Shown: positions 27,690 to 36,134 of the stretch, one piece after another | Numbering within the stretch: position 1 is the stretch's first letter | Layout: the number at the start of each line of letters is the position of its first letter | From: Gemmatimonadota bacterium | GTDB taxonomy: Bacteria; Gemmatimonadota; Gemmatimonadetes; Palauibacterales; Palauibacteraceae | Assembly: GCA_958295535.1 (NCBI GenBank) | Contig: OY282356.1 | Location: forward strand, 2,404,378 to 2,468,377 | DNA: 64,000 nt | Direction: 5' to 3' | The notes under the pieces: generated by a model | The model's input: only the letters and a program-made list of their open reading frames with translations | What the model was told of the DNA's origin: nothing | The model's database searches: none | Made by a program: the position numbers and the translations under genes

Positions 27690-27960
27690 ACCAACTCCAA
27701 GCCTTGAGCGCCTGAATCACCTGCCAGCCTCGAGCGCCCGGATCAACTTCCAGCCCCTGCGTTCCGGATCAACTTCCAGCTTCGCGCCCCCAGAATCACC
27801 TGCGAGCCGCACGCTCCAGAATCAACTCCAAGCCTTGCGCCTCGGGTCAACTCCCAGCCTTGAGCACCCGGATCAACTCCCAGCCTCGCGCCCCCAGAAT
27901 CACCTGCGAGCCGCACGCTCCAGAATCAACTCCAAGCCTTGCGCCTCGGGTCAACTTCCC
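27690..27960. repeat. Degenerate tandem array, about ten 26-27-bp units (consensus CCAGCCTYGCGCCCCCRGAATCAMCTY), between the radical SAM and DedA genes. It includes a roughly 100-bp segmental duplication.
   Basis: Read directly. Units are contiguous with no unique spacers, so this is not a CRISPR array. The plus-strand ORF across it translates to proline/serine repeats and is probably non-coding. Confidence 0.7.
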
Positions 27961-28739
27961 CGCTGGACAGTCGACTTGCCAGCCCTCCGGGATTTGAACC
28001 GCCTCCAGGCGCCGGGGGCCGCCTTGACCAGATAAAGTCCGAAGATCACCACGACGCTAGCTATCAGGACCCAATTCGGGATGCCGAAAGTCTTGCCGAG
28101 AAGGGCGAGAAGGTAATAGCGGGGATACCGCGCGACCACCAGGGCGGTCAGCCACTTCCACATCGGATAGCGGATCGAGAAGACGAGAAACTTGAATGGG
28201 AAGAAGGGAATCGGCGTAAAGCCGGTGACGATGATGGTGGCGAAGGGCCACCTCATGAAGAGCGCGATGGCTTTGCGGTAGAACTTCTTCTTCTTGTAAG
28301 CCTGGATGTTCTGGAGATTCAGGACGGGGACGAAGACGGCGTGGTCCATTATCCCGGCGGCAACCGTGCCCAAGGTCGCCCACAGCGCCGCCAAGTGGAG
28401 GTCGGCGACTTTTCCGAAGTAGATGAGGACGGGCTCGTGGGGGAAAATCGAGATCGCCGTGTTGGCCGGGATCGAATAGAAGGCCAGAAAGATGTAGCTG
28501 TCTGGCTGGAAGTCCCGGAGCATCAGAATGCCGGTCGTGACGCCGGTCACGATCATCAGAGCGCCCATCACCCACACCAGCGGGCCCAGCTGCGTCTGGC
28601 CGGTCTCTTCCGGTCCGATAGTGTCCGGGATCTCGTGCTCGCCTGTATTATTGCGCTGCAATCGTCCCTCCGGCGTATACTCGTGTATTGGGTAGTCCGG
28701 CCCCGCTTGGTCTCTCTGGTTCGGCTCAGCTCGGGACAT
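27951..28739 (-). CDS. DedA-family (VTT/SNARE-associated domain) integral membrane protein.
   Basis: 262 aa. Multi-TM. Characteristic DedA core (FGKVADLHLAALWATLG(…)RYPMWKWL(…)ARYPRYYLL). Proline-rich cytoplasmic N-terminus. Confidence 0.7.
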   Translation of the reverse strand: MSRAEPNQRDQAGPDYPIHEYTPEGRLQRNNTGEHEIPDTIGPEETGQTQLGPLVWVMGALMIVTGVTTGILMLRDFQPDSYIFLAFYSIPANTAISIFPHEPVLIYFGKVADLHLAALWATLGTVAAGIMDHAVFVPVLNLQNIQAYKKKKFYRKAIALFMRWPFATIIVTGFTPIPFFPFKFLVFSIRYPMWKWLTALVVARYPRYYLLALLGKTFGIPNWVLIASVVVIFGLYLVKAAPGAWRRFKSRRAGKSTVQRGS

Positions 28740-29092
28740 GATGCACGTTAGACTGACCGAGGCGGAGGAGTTCTTGCCGGAGTTGCAAGCCCAAGAGCAG
28801 TGTAAGCTACGCTATTGCTGGGCGCGTAGCTTGCGCCGGTCTCTGGCCGCCGACCGGCGGCGCTCGTGTACGCTTGGCGTGGGGAACGCGCCTGCGGCGG
28901 GAACGCGCCTGCGGCGGGAACGCGCGTGCAGTTTTGGTTGGAGTAGCCTGGATTGGGGTAGTTTGGCCGAGAGAGCGACGCATGGCGGGGAGAGCAACCC
29001 ATGCCGGCCGCGGGCGGAGTAGCGCGAGCTGCCAGCTCGAGAGTCGCGTAAGCCGGACGGTCCGGCAAGCTGGCCGGCCCCGGCGGGAGTTC

Positions 29093-29404
29093 ATGAGGAA
29101 GGTTGCCGTGAAAGAGAAGAGAGCGGGTTGCCCGGAGTGCGGCGAGGCAATCGGAAGCGCCGATCAGACGTGCCAGAAGTGCGGAGCGGCTCTGTCGTAC
29201 GGCCCGGGCGAAGCGGATGTGTGCTGCGCCGTCTGCGAGAGCGCCATGAGCGCGTATGCGGAGAGCTGCCCCGAGTGTGGCGAGACGGGCTACCCGGCGC
29301 TTCGCCCTCGCAAGGGCCGCAAATGGAAGGGGTCGAAGCCGGAGGGGCTGCCGAGAGAGGCATCGGGGCCGGACGCAGCCGCCGGGGGATCCGGGGCCAG
29401 CTGA
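29093..29404 (+). CDS. Small double zinc-ribbon protein.
   Basis: Internal ATG with GGGAG RBS. Four CxxC pairs (CPECG, CQKCG, CAVC, CPECG). Basic C-terminus. The upstream part of the ORF-track frame is probably not translated. Confidence 0.5.
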   Translation: MRKVAVKEKRAGCPECGEAIGSADQTCQKCGAALSYGPGEADVCCAVCESAMSAYAESCPECGETGYPALRPRKGRKWKGSKPEGLPREASGPDAAAGGSGAS

Positions 29405-29497
29405 GGCGCCGGGGAGTCCGCCCGGAGCTTCACGAACCACAACGGCCTGGCCGACGCCGCCGCGCGAGCGGAGACACTGCGTGAGTGGAGACTCCGG

Positions 29498-30394
29498 GTG
29501 AACGGCGGCACGGGCGGGCGGCTCGACCGCACGTTCATCGTCCTCCACGAGCCGCAGGACCTCGTCAACATCGCGCTCGCCATCCGGGCGATGAAGAATC
29601 TGGGCATGTCGCGCCTCCGGCTAGTCGAGCCGGCGGAGTTCGACCCATGGCGTATCGGCGGGATCGCTCACGACACCCAGGACATCGTCGACCGCGTGGA
29701 GCTGTTCGACGACCTGCCGGCCGCCCTGGCCGACGCCAGCTACGTCCTGGGGGCGACGGCCCGACGCCGTTCGGCGCGCCACGACTGGTGGAGTCCGGCG
29801 GAGGCGGCGGAGGAGCTCGTTCCTCGCGAGGAACCGCTGGCCGTCGTCTTCGGCAGAGAGGACCGGGGCCTGTCGAACGACGCCCTCGACCTGTGCCACG
29901 GTCTCGTATGCATCCCCGCCAACCCCGACCACAGCTCGATGAACCTGGCCCACGCGGCCGTCATCATCATGTACGAACTTCGGAAGGTGGCGCTGGGACC
30001 CGCCCGGCAGAGCTCGCGCGACATCGCCTACAAGAAACGTCGACAGTCTCCTCCCGCCCAACACCGGGAGCTCGAGGCATTCTTCGACAAGTGGCAGCGG
30101 GCCATGGAAGAGATCGGACTGTTCCACGGGATCGATCCGGTTCCGAAGATGCGCAGCTTCCGAAAGATTTTTCAGAGAGCGAAGCTCGACCGCCGAGAAA
30201 TCGGCCTTCTGCTGGCCACGGCCTACGAAGTGCTGCACTTCGGGGAGAGAGAGAAGAAGAGGGCCGCCGACCGGGCGAGCCTTGCCACCCTTGGTCCGGG
30301 CGCGGGCCGCGTCGTGGACGAGCAGTCGTCCTCTGGCGGCGAAGCCCCGGATTCCGATCCTGGCTCAGATTCGGCTTCGCAACCTCGTCACTAG
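29498..30394 (+). CDS. trmJ: SpoU-family tRNA 2'-O-methyltransferase, TrmJ-like.
   Basis: N-terminus (IVLHEPQDLVNIALAIRAMKNLGMSRLRLVEP) and SPOUT knot motifs (VFGREDRGLSNDALDLCH, IPANPDHSSMNLAHAAVIIMYEL) match TrmJ. GTG start. Confidence 0.7.
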   Translation: MNGGTGGRLDRTFIVLHEPQDLVNIALAIRAMKNLGMSRLRLVEPAEFDPWRIGGIAHDTQDIVDRVELFDDLPAALADASYVLGATARRRSARHDWWSPAEAAEELVPREEPLAVVFGREDRGLSNDALDLCHGLVCIPANPDHSSMNLAHAAVIIMYELRKVALGPARQSSRDIAYKKRRQSPPAQHRELEAFFDKWQRAMEEIGLFHGIDPVPKMRSFRKIFQRAKLDRREIGLLLATAYEVLHFGEREKKRAADRASLATLGPGAGRVVDEQSSSGGEAPDSDPGSDSASQPRH

Positions 30395-31879
30395 GTCTTC
30401 GTTCGACTTCGTCTGACGCATCAGACTCAGGACTTCCTGCATGGCGTCGACCGACGGGTAGCTACTCAACTCTCGCCGCATCGCGCGGGAGACGGCCAGC
30501 TCGTTTTCCTCGAGCAACCGCTCTTCGCGCCGCGTCGCGCTCGAGTTGAGGTCGATCGCGGGGAAGATGCGGCGATCCGAAAGTTCGCGGTCAAGCACAA
30601 GCTCGCTGTTGCCCGTCCCTTTGAATTCCTCGAAGATCACTTGGTCCATTCGCGACCCGGTATCCACCAGCGCAGTCGCGATGATCGTCAGCGAGCCGCC
30701 TCCCTTGCTGGCCGGAACGGAGCGGGCGCTCCCGAAAAAGCGCTTCGGCTTCTCGAGCGAGTTGGCGTCGATTCCTCCGGTCAGAGTTCGTCCGCTCCCC
30801 TCCTCGATGATGTTGTACGCGCGAGCCAAACGGGTTATCGAATCCAGAATCAGAACCACGTCCTCTCCCATCTCGGCCAGCCGCCGGGCCCGCTCGAGGG
30901 TGATCTCGGCGACCTGCGTGTGGCGCAGCGCGGGATAGTCGAAGCTTGACGCGGCGACTTCGCCTATGCCGATGGACTCCATCTCCGTCACCTCTTCCGG
31001 GCGTTCGTCCACGAGGAGGATGAAGATCTTGCAGTCGGCGTGATTGCAGGCGATGCCCTTGGCGATGGATTGCAACACCATCGTCTTGCCGGCTTTGGCG
31101 GGCGCGACTATCAGGGCGCGCTGGCCCGTCCCCAGCGGGCATACGAGGTCGATGATCCGGTTGGTGTAGTCGGGCTCGTTGTTGCGTTCCAGATCGCATT
31201 CCAGCCGTAGACGGCGGTCCGGGTGTTGAGCGCTCAGCCGGCTGAATTGTCGTCTATGTCCCAACTCTCCCGGCGGTTGGCCGTTCACGGAGTGGAGGTG
31301 TTTCAGAGGCGGGCTCTTGCCGGGGCGCGGCGGGCGGCCCGGCTGGCCGCATATCTCGTCCCCGGTCCGCAGATCGTACCGCCCCACGATCTTCGGGCTG
31401 ACGTAGATGTCGTCATCGCTCGGGGTGTAGCTGGCGTACCGGCGGCGCACAAAGCCTGTCCCCGTGGCTAGCCGTTCGAGAAGACCGAGGTACGCATCCT
31501 TCGGCGCATCGGGCATATCTTGCGCCGGCGGCGCACCCGGGGCCGGCGACATCGACGGCGGCGGTTGACCCCCGGCTTGGCGCCGATTGCGCGGGCGACG
31601 GCGATTGCGGTTCTTGCCGCGCCCCGGCGCCCGCCCGGCGCCCGGGTTCTTTCTGGCGCGAGGCCGACCCTTTCCGCCGCGAGGCGGGCCGCGACGGGAG
31701 TTGGCGCTACCCGATCCCTTGCCCCCGCCGGAGCGGTTGCCGCCGGAGCCGCTGCCGCCGCCCTGGCCCTGCCTGCCGGCCGAGCGATTGCCGCCGGAAC
31801 GACTTTGCTTGCCGCCGGGGCCGCGACCGCTGGTCCGGCCACGCTCGCCGCTACCGTGGCCACGCGTCTGGCCGGTCAA
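30365..31879 (-). CDS. rho: Transcription termination factor Rho, with an N-terminal Arg/Gly-rich low-complexity extension of about 110 aa.
   Basis: OB-fold RNA-binding region (DIYVSPKIVGRYDLRTGDEICG), Walker A (PAKAGKTMVLQSIA), Walker B (FILLVDERPEEVTEM) and the C-terminal RecA-like core are all present. The N-terminus is RG/RGG-rich. Confidence 0.85.
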   Translation of the reverse strand: MTGQTRGHGSGERGRTSGRGPGGKQSRSGGNRSAGRQGQGGGSGSGGNRSGGGKGSGSANSRRGPPRGGKGRPRARKNPGAGRAPGRGKNRNRRRPRNRRQAGGQPPPSMSPAPGAPPAQDMPDAPKDAYLGLLERLATGTGFVRRRYASYTPSDDDIYVSPKIVGRYDLRTGDEICGQPGRPPRPGKSPPLKHLHSVNGQPPGELGHRRQFSRLSAQHPDRRLRLECDLERNNEPDYTNRIIDLVCPLGTGQRALIVAPAKAGKTMVLQSIAKGIACNHADCKIFILLVDERPEEVTEMESIGIGEVAASSFDYPALRHTQVAEITLERARRLAEMGEDVVLILDSITRLARAYNIIEEGSGRTLTGGIDANSLEKPKRFFGSARSVPASKGGGSLTIIATALVDTGSRMDQVIFEEFKGTGNSELVLDRELSDRRIFPAIDLNSSATRREERLLEENELAVSRAMRRELSSYPSVDAMQEVLSLMRQTKSNEDLVTRLRSRI

Positions 31880-32258
31880 AATGTCTGGTTCGTCAAAGTA
31901 AGTTCAGAGGGTGGCAACAATCTTGTAGGTGATGCGAAGCTTTGGCTTCATAGCGCGCGCGCATGTCTTCAAGCCGGCAACCGGGGATAGTGCGGCCCAA
32001 GGAGTCCGCCCAGGAATCGTAGCGCATGCCCTCAATGTGCGCAGCAATCTCATCGAGGGAGCACCGGCATCTCATCGAGGGAACACCGGAACTTGACCGG
32101 CGAGGCGCATTCGCCAACACGGAAAACGCGCATGCCGAATGTTTTGTATACTAATATCCGTCCCCAGATGCTAGTTGAGTCCGTATTGGGCGGCTACTCG
32201 TCTGGCTGGCCCGCTTCGGGCAGGCTTGTCCGTTCACCGTACGATTGAGAGAATTCCG
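31880..32258. promoter_or_regulatory. Divergent leader/promoter region between rho (-) and the cupredoxin gene (+). Contains a direct repeat ATCTCATCGAGGGARCACCGG x2 at about 32046-32095.
   Basis: Repeat read directly. The roughly 380-bp leader is consistent with known Rho autoregulatory leaders. Confidence 0.3.
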
Positions 32259-32960
32259 ACCATGATTCAAACGCTTCTTGCCAGAACGGCCACTGCGGCC
32301 GCTACGCCAACGGCGCCGAGCCGTCATCTCAACCGGTTATCGCGCCGCCGCTCGCTCCGCGCCATCGCAACGACGGCCGCGGTAGCGGCCGGCACCATCA
32401 TCTCAGGTTGTGGCGGTGGCGACAATGGCGCGGACGCCAATGCCGACACGCCAGCCCCCGCCGCCGCAACGCCGCCCGCCGCAACGCCCGACGAACCATC
32501 GTCCAACCTTGTCCAGGTGGAGTGGATCACCGTCGATCAAGCGGCGCAGACGGTGACGATCGACTTGGTAGCGGGAGAAACTGCCGCCAATAACCGCTGG
32601 AACTTCAACGGGTACTCAAACGGAGAAGCCACGGTCGTCGTACCAGCAGGATACGCCGTGACCCTCAACTTCGAGAACCGCGACCCGATCAACTACCACA
32701 GCGTCGGAGTGCTGGAGCGCGCAGCCAGCTATCCCGCGATCTTCACCGATCCGGTGCCCGTATTCGACGGAGCCATCACAACCAACGCCACCTCGATGAC
32801 AGAGTCCACACCGCCAGCCGACGGCAGCGAAACGATCGCCTTTACCGCTTCGTCTGCCGGAGAGTTCGCTCTCGTGTGCCCAGTGCCGGCCCACGCTGTT
32901 ACCGGAATGTGGATCGGCTTCTCCGTTTCGGAGGCGGGAGAGGCTGGACTGCGAACATAA
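32259..32960 (+). CDS. Type 1 (blue) copper cupredoxin-domain lipoprotein, probably Tat-exported.
   Basis: Tat-like SRRRSLRA followed by lipobox IISGCGG. C-terminal ligand motif CPVPAHAVTGM (Cys-x-Pro-x-x-His-x4-Met) plus an upstream His. Confidence 0.6.
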   Translation, partial: TMIQTLLARTATAAATPTAPSRHLNRLSRRRSLRAIATTAAVAAGTIISGCGGGDNGADANADTPAPAAATPPAATPDEPSSNLVQVEWITVDQAAQTVTIDLVAGETAANNRWNFNGYSNGEATVVVPAGYAVTLNFENRDPINYHSVGVLERAASYPAIFTDPVPVFDGAITTNATSMTESTPPADGSETIAFTASSAGEFALVCPVPAHAVTGMWIGFSVSEAGEAGLRT

Positions 32961-33088
32961 CCAAGCCGGCGTGAAACGGCACTACCGGGCATCGCCGGAC
33001 GGGGCAAGCTGCCGCCCGTCCGCCAAAGGCGCCCGTCTGTCGCAAGCGACCGGCTGCCACGGGCGACAAGACCCGCCGTGAGGCGACC

Positions 33089-34018
33089 ATGGTGGAGATG
33101 ATGCGGCGTACGCTTCTCTGGGCGTCCACGAATCCGTGGCTCTCTCAGCGTCTCCCGGAGCGCGACTTCGTTCGCCGTGCCGTGCGCAGATTCATGCCCG
33201 GCGAGACTCTTGAAGAGGCGTTGAGAGAGGCGGCCCGGCTGCGGAGCGCCGGGATCCCGGCGCTGGTCACCTTGCTCGGGGAGAATGCCAGGACGGCCGA
33301 GGAGACGCGCGAGATCGTCGCCGAGTACGTGCAGGCCATGGACAGGGCGTCCGAAATCGGGCTGGACATCGAAGTCTCTACCAAACTGACCCAGCTGGGC
33401 CTGGATATCGACGAGTCGCTCGCGCTCGACAATGTCCGGCAACTCGCCGCGAGCGCCGAAGGCCGGAGCACCCTCTGGATCGACATGGAGGGAACGCCGT
33501 ACACGGATGTCACGCTTTCTATCTTCCGCGCGGTCAGGCGGCAACGCGAGAATGTCGGCATCTGCCTGCAATCCTATCTGCGGCGCACGGCGGATGACAT
33601 TGAAGCGCTGATCGAGCTGGGTCCCCGAATCCGGCTTGTGAAGGGGGCGTATTCCGAGTCGCCCAGGCTTGCATTCCCCGCCAAGAGCGACGTCGACGCG
33701 AGCTACGTGGCTCTGTCGCGGCGGCTCATGGATCACCTAGCCGATGGAGGAGACGGCTTCCTGGGACTGGGCACGCACGACCCGGCAATGATCAAACCGC
33801 TATCGGAGTACGCGAAGAAGTCGGGGCTGGATCGCCGGCGCTACGAAGTCGAGATGCTATACGGGATCGGGCGCCGCGAGCAGGAGAGACTGGTCCGCGA
33901 CGGGATTCCTCTTCGCGTGCTGATCAGCTACGGAGCGGAGTGGTTCCCGTGGTACATGCGCAGGTTGGCGGAGCGTCCGGCCAATGTATTGTTCGTCGCC
34001 CGGAGCATGCTCAGGTAG
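33089..34018 (+). CDS. Proline dehydrogenase (monofunctional PRODH/PutA-type).
   Basis: 309 aa. Conserved PRODH TIM-barrel motifs (LVTLLGE, IDMEG, QSYLRR, RLVKGAY). The antisense ORF at 32729-33736 is rejected. Confidence 0.8.
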   Translation: MVEMMRRTLLWASTNPWLSQRLPERDFVRRAVRRFMPGETLEEALREAARLRSAGIPALVTLLGENARTAEETREIVAEYVQAMDRASEIGLDIEVSTKLTQLGLDIDESLALDNVRQLAASAEGRSTLWIDMEGTPYTDVTLSIFRAVRRQRENVGICLQSYLRRTADDIEALIELGPRIRLVKGAYSESPRLAFPAKSDVDASYVALSRRLMDHLADGGDGFLGLGTHDPAMIKPLSEYAKKSGLDRRRYEVEMLYGIGRREQERLVRDGIPLRVLISYGAEWFPWYMRRLAERPANVLFVARSMLR

Positions 34019-34074
34019 AACCGGCGGATCCGGCGCGCGCGCAGTCTCGGACGGCATCCGCATGCCGCCCTCGT

Positions 34075-35385
34075 TCAGATTGCGGTGGCCGCGGGCGCCG
34101 TCGCCACCAAGCGCCCCGCCCGTCCCCCGAGAGTCGCCGTGAAGCGGTCTCCGGGAGCGCACCCTCCGGCAACCTCTACGCGCAGGTAGTCTCCGGTGAC
34201 GCCGACAATCCGCTCATCCCTCCCCTCGGCGACTATGTCCGCAACCTGCCCCACCCGCTTCCCCTGGTAGTCCTCCCCCTTTTGGATAGCCATTTCTCGG
34301 AGCGTTCGGGACCGCGCCGCGGCAATGTCTCCCGTGACCATGCCGGGCAGGTCTGCAGCCGCCGTTCCGCTTCGCACCGAATAGGGGAACACATGCAGAT
34401 ACGTGTACGGAAGCTCCTCGACGAGCGCCCTCGTCTCCTCGAACTCTTCGCTCCCCTCGCCAGGGAAGCCGACGATGATGTCGGCGCCAAGGCCGAAGTC
34501 GCCGAGGCGTTCCGCGATGGCGAGAACCCGGCTGCGGTACGCCTCTCGCGTATGCCACCGCCGCATGAGCCGAAGAATGCGATTCGATCCGCTCTGCATC
34601 GGCACATGCAGGTGCGGCGCCAAGCGTCCTTCCGAGTCGGCCAACAGATCGACGAGCAGGTCGTCGATCTCGGTCGCTTCGATGGAAGAGAGACGGATGC
34701 GGGCGGGGACCTCTTCGAGCAACATCTCGCACAGCGAGGCCAGCGTGACCCCGGCGCCGAGATCATGGCCGTAGTGGCCGATATGAATGCCGGTCAGCAC
34801 GAGTTCCGGGTGCGCGCGCGCCAGGACGGCGGCTTCGGCAACCACCTCGCCGGGCGGGCGCGACACCGAAGCTCCGCGAGCGATCCGGGTCGCGCAGAAC
34901 GAGCACTTCCTGTCGCAACCGTCTTGTATCTTGAGCCACGCGCGGGTCCCTCGGGCGTTGCGCTGCAACGGCGCGTTCGCCAAGCCGGCTCCAACGATGC
35001 CGCCGCTGGCCAAGCCGGTTCCCGCGCTGCCGTCGCCGGCAAGGCCCGAGAGTTGTTGCGCCACGGCTGTGGCATCGTGTCCGGGCACGACCCCGTCGAC
35101 ACCCTCCAGCGTGCGATACTCGGCCTCGCGGAATGCCGCCGAACAGCCTGCAACGACGATCCGCAAACTCGGATGGCGGCGCCGGAGACGGCGCACCAGC
35201 CGCCTGGCGTTGGCATCGGCCTGGTTGGTCACGGTGCAGCTGTTGATGACCGCGACATCCGCCGAACACGCTTCGGGCGCCGTCCTGGCTCCCTTCGCTT
35301 CAAGCTCCTGGCGGATGCGCTCCGTATCGTACTGGTTCGCCTTGCACCCGAAGGTGTGGAACCAGACGGATGGCTTGTCGCTCAC
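34075..35385 (-). CDS. MiaB-like radical SAM methylthiotransferase (MtaB/RimO family) with a TRAM domain.
   Basis: N-terminal MTTase Cys triad (FGCKANQYD, INSCTV, AGC), radical SAM CSFC(…)C cluster and a C-terminal TRAM-like domain. 436 aa. Confidence 0.8.
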   Translation of the reverse strand: MSDKPSVWFHTFGCKANQYDTERIRQELEAKGARTAPEACSADVAVINSCTVTNQADANARRLVRRLRRRHPSLRIVVAGCSAAFREAEYRTLEGVDGVVPGHDATAVAQQLSGLAGDGSAGTGLASGGIVGAGLANAPLQRNARGTRAWLKIQDGCDRKCSFCATRIARGASVSRPPGEVVAEAAVLARAHPELVLTGIHIGHYGHDLGAGVTLASLCEMLLEEVPARIRLSSIEATEIDDLLVDLLADSEGRLAPHLHVPMQSGSNRILRLMRRWHTREAYRSRVLAIAERLGDFGLGADIIVGFPGEGSEEFEETRALVEELPYTYLHVFPYSVRSGTAAADLPGMVTGDIAAARSRTLREMAIQKGEDYQGKRVGQVADIVAEGRDERIVGVTGDYLRVEVAGGCAPGDRFTATLGGRAGRLVATAPAATAI

Positions 35386-35671
35386 CTTCTACCGTTTCTC
35401 GGCATCGCCATTTCTCGTGTCCTTACGCCTAGCCGTCCGGACCTGTTCGCCATCTGGAACCAACCTGCCACTAGTGAGTATCCTTACTACTTGGTTATTG
35501 TAGCTTGATGATGCACCATTGGTAGTTGGTGATGCACCATTGCAATCCGGATCCGGCGCTCCGGTGTGGATAAGTTGGCACGGGGGTTGCGGAAACTTCG
35601 CCAGTATTGTGGTGGCCGCTCGCGCCGGACAAGACACCCCCGTGCGAACATAGCTCGAGAGGAGTCCGCTT

Positions 35672-36082
35672 ATGTCGCTAAGGTACAAAGTGTCCAGAGT
35701 CCTGGCCGCCATGACGATCGTGGTGGTGGTCGCGGGTTGCGGGGACAATACTCCGGTTGCCCCGGTAGACCCGTTCGAGAATCCATCCACTATCCGGGTG
35801 GTCAACGCCCTTAACGGGCCGGTGCTCTTCTTCTACGCGCGTACGTGCGGCACGCAGGCTTGGGGCGATGACCTTCTCCCGCTTGATCCCGAGGAGGGAA
35901 CGATACAGCCAGGGTCCACCAAGGAGTTTACGGTCGAGGCCGGCTGTTACGACCTGTGGGCCAGGCATCTGGAGACCATCGAACCCGGGCCGCTCGTCGA
36001 CAAGAGAGAATTCGACCAGCAGACATCTCAGGTCACAGCGCTGGTTTGGGTCTTGGCTGCGGAACCCACCACGCCGAGCTGA
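35672..36082 (+). CDS. Small lipoprotein of unknown function.
   Basis: GAGAGGAG RBS. Signal peptide with lipobox VVAGCG. 136 aa. Confidence 0.55.
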   Translation: MSLRYKVSRVLAAMTIVVVVAGCGDNTPVAPVDPFENPSTIRVVNALNGPVLFFYARTCGTQAWGDDLLPLDPEEGTIQPGSTKEFTVEAGCYDLWARHLETIEPGPLVDKREFDQQTSQVTALVWVLAAEPTTPS

Positions 36083-36134
36083 CACGAGTAACGAGAGAGC
36101 AGGCTCTGCAAGGAGCTATGGAGGAAGGGGCGAT

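Noticed and set aside
27690-27960. Possible CRISPR array suggested by regularly repeated 26-27-bp units.
   Set aside because: Units are contiguous and degenerate, with no unique spacers of constant length. No cas genes are nearby. Part of the array is a 100-bp segmental duplication.
32729-33736. 335-aa minus-strand ORF.
   Set aside because: It lies antisense to a proline dehydrogenase gene with strong family motifs. Its composition is typical of spurious GC-rich ORFs.
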